7,977 nucleotides of DNA. Origin: an uncultured archaeon. GTDB taxonomy: Archaea; Iainarchaeota; Iainarchaeia; Iainarchaeales; CSSED10-239. How positions within the stretch are numbered: the stretch's first letter is position 1; each line of letters begins with the position of its first letter. The notes beneath the pieces are model-generated. The model ran no database searches, was not told the origin of the DNA, and was given only the letters and a program-made list of their open reading frames with translations. The translations under genes and the position numbers were made by a program. Shown piece by piece: positions 5,664 through 7,977 of this stretch. The DNA lies in the NCBI GenBank assembly GCA_964463155.1, contig CAYXAY010000004.1, positions 4,469 to 12,445 on the forward strand. The letters are read 5' to 3'.

Positions 5664-6965
5664 ATGAAATTACGGTGCCTCGGGGCAGGACAAGAAGTTG
5701 GAAGAAGTGCCCTATTACTGAAAGGCAAAGATAACATACTGTTGGATTATGGTTTGAAACTTAATCCTACAACACAAACAAAAGAAGATTTGGAATTACC
5801 AGCAAAGACCAAACATCCAAAAATTGTTAAAGAAGAATTGACTGGAGTAATCCTAAGCCATGCTCATCTTGACCATTCTGGCGCAATACCCACTCTTTAT
5901 AAGAATTCAAATGCACCATTGTTCTTAACAGAACCAACATTAGAACTTTCAAACCTTCTGTGGAAAGACACTCTTAAGATTGCAAAGCTTACTGGAGAAG
6001 ATTGTGAGTTTAAGCCAAATCATGTAGATGATACAAACAACTCTGCATTCTATATAGATTACAGAGTGCCTGTCCAAATATCTCCAAACACAAGAATTAC
6101 TTTCTATGATGCAGGACATATTGTGGGAAGTGTTATGCCTCTTATTGAAATGGATACGAAAAAAATACTTTATACCGGAGACTTTAGAGCAACTCAAAGC
6201 CAGATGTTTAAAAGTTATGACAAAAAACTGCCACAGGTGGATGTATTAATAACAGAAACAACCTATGGAGATATCCCACACAAAGACAGAAAAGAACAAG
6301 AAAAGCTTTTGATTGACGAGATTAAAGAAACAATTGACAATAGAGGAATAGTAATTCTTCCTGCGTTTGCAATAGAAAGATCTCAAGAATTAGTAAGCAT
6401 TCTTGATAGATACAACATAAAGGCACCTATATACTTAGATGGTATGGCAAAAAAAGCAACAACCATCTTTGCTCAATATCCTGATCAGTTTTATGATTAT
6501 TCTAGATTTAAGAAAGCAGTTGATAAGATTGAGTTTATTAAAAACCAAAAGACAAGAGAAAAGATTGTCTCTGCAAACACCTCTTGTATTATCATAACAA
6601 CTGCAGGTATGCTTGAAGGTGGGCCGGTTTTAGGTTTTATTAGAGACTTGGGGGGCGACCCCAGAAACAAAATAATCCTTACTGGTTACCAGGTTGAAGG
6701 AACAAACGGGAGAAGATTACTTGATAACGGAAAACTTTATATTGATGGTAAGATTTATGCACCAAGAGCAAAAGTAACAAAATATAACTTCTCGGCACAT
6801 GCTGACAAGAACGAAATATTGGAGTTAATTAAAATTGTTAATCCAAAGAAAGTCATTGGCATACACGGAAATAAAAATGTTACCTTTAATTTTAAGGCAG
6901 AACTAAAAAAACTAGGAATAAATGCAGAAAATCCAGCAACTGGTGATATGATAGATTTAGATTAG
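5664..6965 (+). CDS. Metallo-beta-lactamase fold beta-CASP ribonuclease, KH-less archaeal CPSF homolog (aCPSF2-like)
   Basis: 433-aa ORF ending in TAG. All signature motifs are visible: LLDYG (motif 1 Asp), SHAHLDHSG (HxHxDH, nt 5859-5876), DAGHIVGS (motif 3 His), LYTGDF (motif 4 Asp), TETTYG (beta-CASP motif A), FSAHAD (motif B His) and GIHG (motif C His). At ~430 aa with no N-terminal KH domains it fits the aCPSF2 group rather than aCPSF1. Confidence 0.85.
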   Translation: MKLRCLGAGQEVGRSALLLKGKDNILLDYGLKLNPTTQTKEDLELPAKTKHPKIVKEELTGVILSHAHLDHSGAIPTLYKNSNAPLFLTEPTLELSNLLWKDTLKIAKLTGEDCEFKPNHVDDTNNSAFYIDYRVPVQISPNTRITFYDAGHIVGSVMPLIEMDTKKILYTGDFRATQSQMFKSYDKKLPQVDVLITETTYGDIPHKDRKEQEKLLIDEIKETIDNRGIVILPAFAIERSQELVSILDRYNIKAPIYLDGMAKKATTIFAQYPDQFYDYSRFKKAVDKIEFIKNQKTREKIVSANTSCIIITTAGMLEGGPVLGFIRDLGGDPRNKIILTGYQVEGTNGRRLLDNGKLYIDGKIYAPRAKVTKYNFSAHADKNEILELIKIVNPKKVIGIHGNKNVTFNFKAELKKLGINAENPATGDMIDLD

Positions 6966-6975
6966 AAAGAAAAAC

Positions 6976-7746
6976 ATGCAAAGATTTTGTCCTAAATGTG
7001 GAAAGAATGTTCCTGAAGAGAGGGTGATACATAACTTTTGTTTAAATTGTTATGTTGAAGACCATCAGGTGATTATTGCTCCTACATTTGAGATAACCTA
7101 TTGCCCTAAATGTAAGAAATTCAAATATGCAAGACGGTTTTTTGATAATAAAGAAAGTCTTGAAAGAGAACTTGTTAAGCATATAAAAATAAAAGACATA
7201 GAGCAGGCAAAGGCTAATGTTAGTTTAATTCTTGATTTTGAAAAGCACGAATATTATGTAAGTGTTGTTGCTAAGGCTTTAATCGCTAATTCTATTCAAG
7301 AAATTGCCATGGAAAAGGATATTTCTTTAAGGGTTGAACCCTGTGTAGAATGCCTTAAGGAATCAAGCCATTATTACACAACAATCTTACAATTAAGGTT
7401 TGACACCAAAGACTTGTTAAAAGAACTTCTGCCGATTCTTGTTAAGCAAATAGAAAACCAAGTAAGAACTATCAATAATGCAGAAACAAGTAAAAACAAG
7501 CCATTCTTTATTGCAAAGACTATTAAACAAAAGACTGGTATTGACATTTATTTAAATGATATTGACCATACCGAAAAGGTAAGAAAAACATTACTTTACA
7601 ATAAGCAGGTAAAAACCTGGCAAAGAACAAGAAGCCTTGTTACTGCAGACAAAGCCGGCAAAAGAAAATATCGTCATACCATCTGCTTACATTACGGACA
7701 ATTGCCAACAGATAATCCACAAGAATTACCTGAACAAAAAAATTAA
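6976..7746 (+). CDS. nmd3: NMD3-family protein (archaeal homolog of the 60S/50S subunit biogenesis factor), short form
   Basis: 256-aa ORF starting 10 nt after the beta-CASP stop. It has the N-terminal Cys clusters CPKC-x13-CLNC, then CPKC, then CVEC followed by SHYYTTILQLR. The last matches the NMD3 hallmark C..C....g.YyEAilQvR. Confidence 0.75.
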   Translation: MQRFCPKCGKNVPEERVIHNFCLNCYVEDHQVIIAPTFEITYCPKCKKFKYARRFFDNKESLERELVKHIKIKDIEQAKANVSLILDFEKHEYYVSVVAKALIANSIQEIAMEKDISLRVEPCVECLKESSHYYTTILQLRFDTKDLLKELLPILVKQIENQVRTINNAETSKNKPFFIAKTIKQKTGIDIYLNDIDHTEKVRKTLLYNKQVKTWQRTRSLVTADKAGKRKYRHTICLHYGQLPTDNPQELPEQKN

Positions 7747-7825
7747 AATAATCTAATGTTGTTTGTAGACAAAATATAAACTATTTCTATAGCGGCACTT
7801 AATATCATGCCAATTATTCCCAAAA

Positions 7826-7977
7826 TCAACCAAGTCTTGACATCCTAGTATTTAGTTTTTGTGTTATGGAAAAGAACATTGCAATTATTTCTGCAATAAA
7901 AGAAACTATTGGAAAAAGAGTAAGGGATACTGCTGCAGAAAGAAATGAATATCTACCAAATCTTTTTGGGTCTATTG
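7826..7977 (-). CDS. Candidate C-terminal end of a membrane protein gene entering from the right edge (alternative to the plus-strand reading of the same DNA)
   Basis: The minus-strand frame is open from the window edge to the TGA at 7828..7826: IDPKRFGRYSFLSAAVSLTLFPIVSFIAEIIAMFFSITQKLNTRMSRLG*. This is one clean ~29-aa TM helix followed by a basic tail. No homology is recognised, and the opposite strand is also open. Confidence 0.3.
   Translation of the reverse strand, partial: IDPKRFGRYSFLSAAVSLTLFPIVSFIAEIIAMFFSITQKLNTRMSRLG
7866..7977 (+). CDS. Candidate N-terminal start of an unidentified soluble protein running off the right edge (alternative to the minus-strand reading)
   Basis: From the ATG at 7866: MEKNIAIISAIKETIGKRVRDTAAERNEYLPNLFGSI..., open to the window edge. 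This frame is open from 7803 onward. The sense strand is purine-rich like the other soluble-protein genes here. No homology is recognised and there is no convincing TATA box at the right distance. Confidence 0.25.
   Translation, partial: MEKNIAIISAIKETIGKRVRDTAAERNEYLPNLFGSI

Noticed and set aside
6649-6663. A GC-rich mini-hairpin, tgggg-ggcga-cccca, which stands out in an AT-rich window.
   Set aside because: It has only a 5-bp stem and lies inside the beta-CASP CDS, where it encodes the conserved-looking LGGDPR loop. The GC spike is explained by Gly/Pro/Arg codons rather than by an RNA element.
1-7977. A scan for CRISPR repeats, tandem repeats, IS or transposon ends, tRNA/rRNA genes and stop-codon recoding.
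   Set aside because: I saw no regularly spaced direct repeats, no terminal inverted repeats flanking a transposase-like ORF, and no GC-rich structured segment of tRNA size. All six complete ORFs run uninterrupted and end in TAA or TAG, so nothing suggests an alternative genetic code. This was a by-eye scan only.

Overview
AT-rich (by eye roughly 30% GC), very tightly packed and almost entirely coding. The gene content is archaeal (FlaI/FlaJ-type pilus machinery, FlaK/PibD-type A24 peptidase, aCPSF2-type beta-CASP RNase, NMD3). The compactness and the shortened or degenerate proteins suggest a reduced, uncultivated (DPANN-like) archaeon; that placement is inference only. Two divergent transcription units leave the 176-nt intergenic region 5488-5663. 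Leftward (minus strand) are five co-directional genes with 1-9 nt spacers and one 56-nt gap: ACD-beta-like ATP-grasp, PHP-like protein, A24 prepilin/preflagellin peptidase, a 791-aa FlaI/GspE-family protein, and a FlaJ/TadC-like platform protein that runs off the window. Rightward (plus strand) are a beta-CASP metallo-beta-lactamase RNase and a short NMD3-family protein. The main observation is the FlaI-like protein. It matches secretion ATPases along its whole C-terminal ~440 aa, yet it has no P-loop anywhere (no GK[ST] in 791 aa) and lacks the Walker B Glu and the His-box histidines. It also carries a ~350-aa Lys/Glu/Gln/Pro-rich low-complexity N-terminal extension. The peptidase next to it keeps both catalytic Asp residues, and there is no room in the window for a pilin gene. 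The cluster looks like a non-canonical type-IV-pilus-like module built around a pseudo-ATPase. No rRNA, tRNA, CRISPR array or mobile element was seen.
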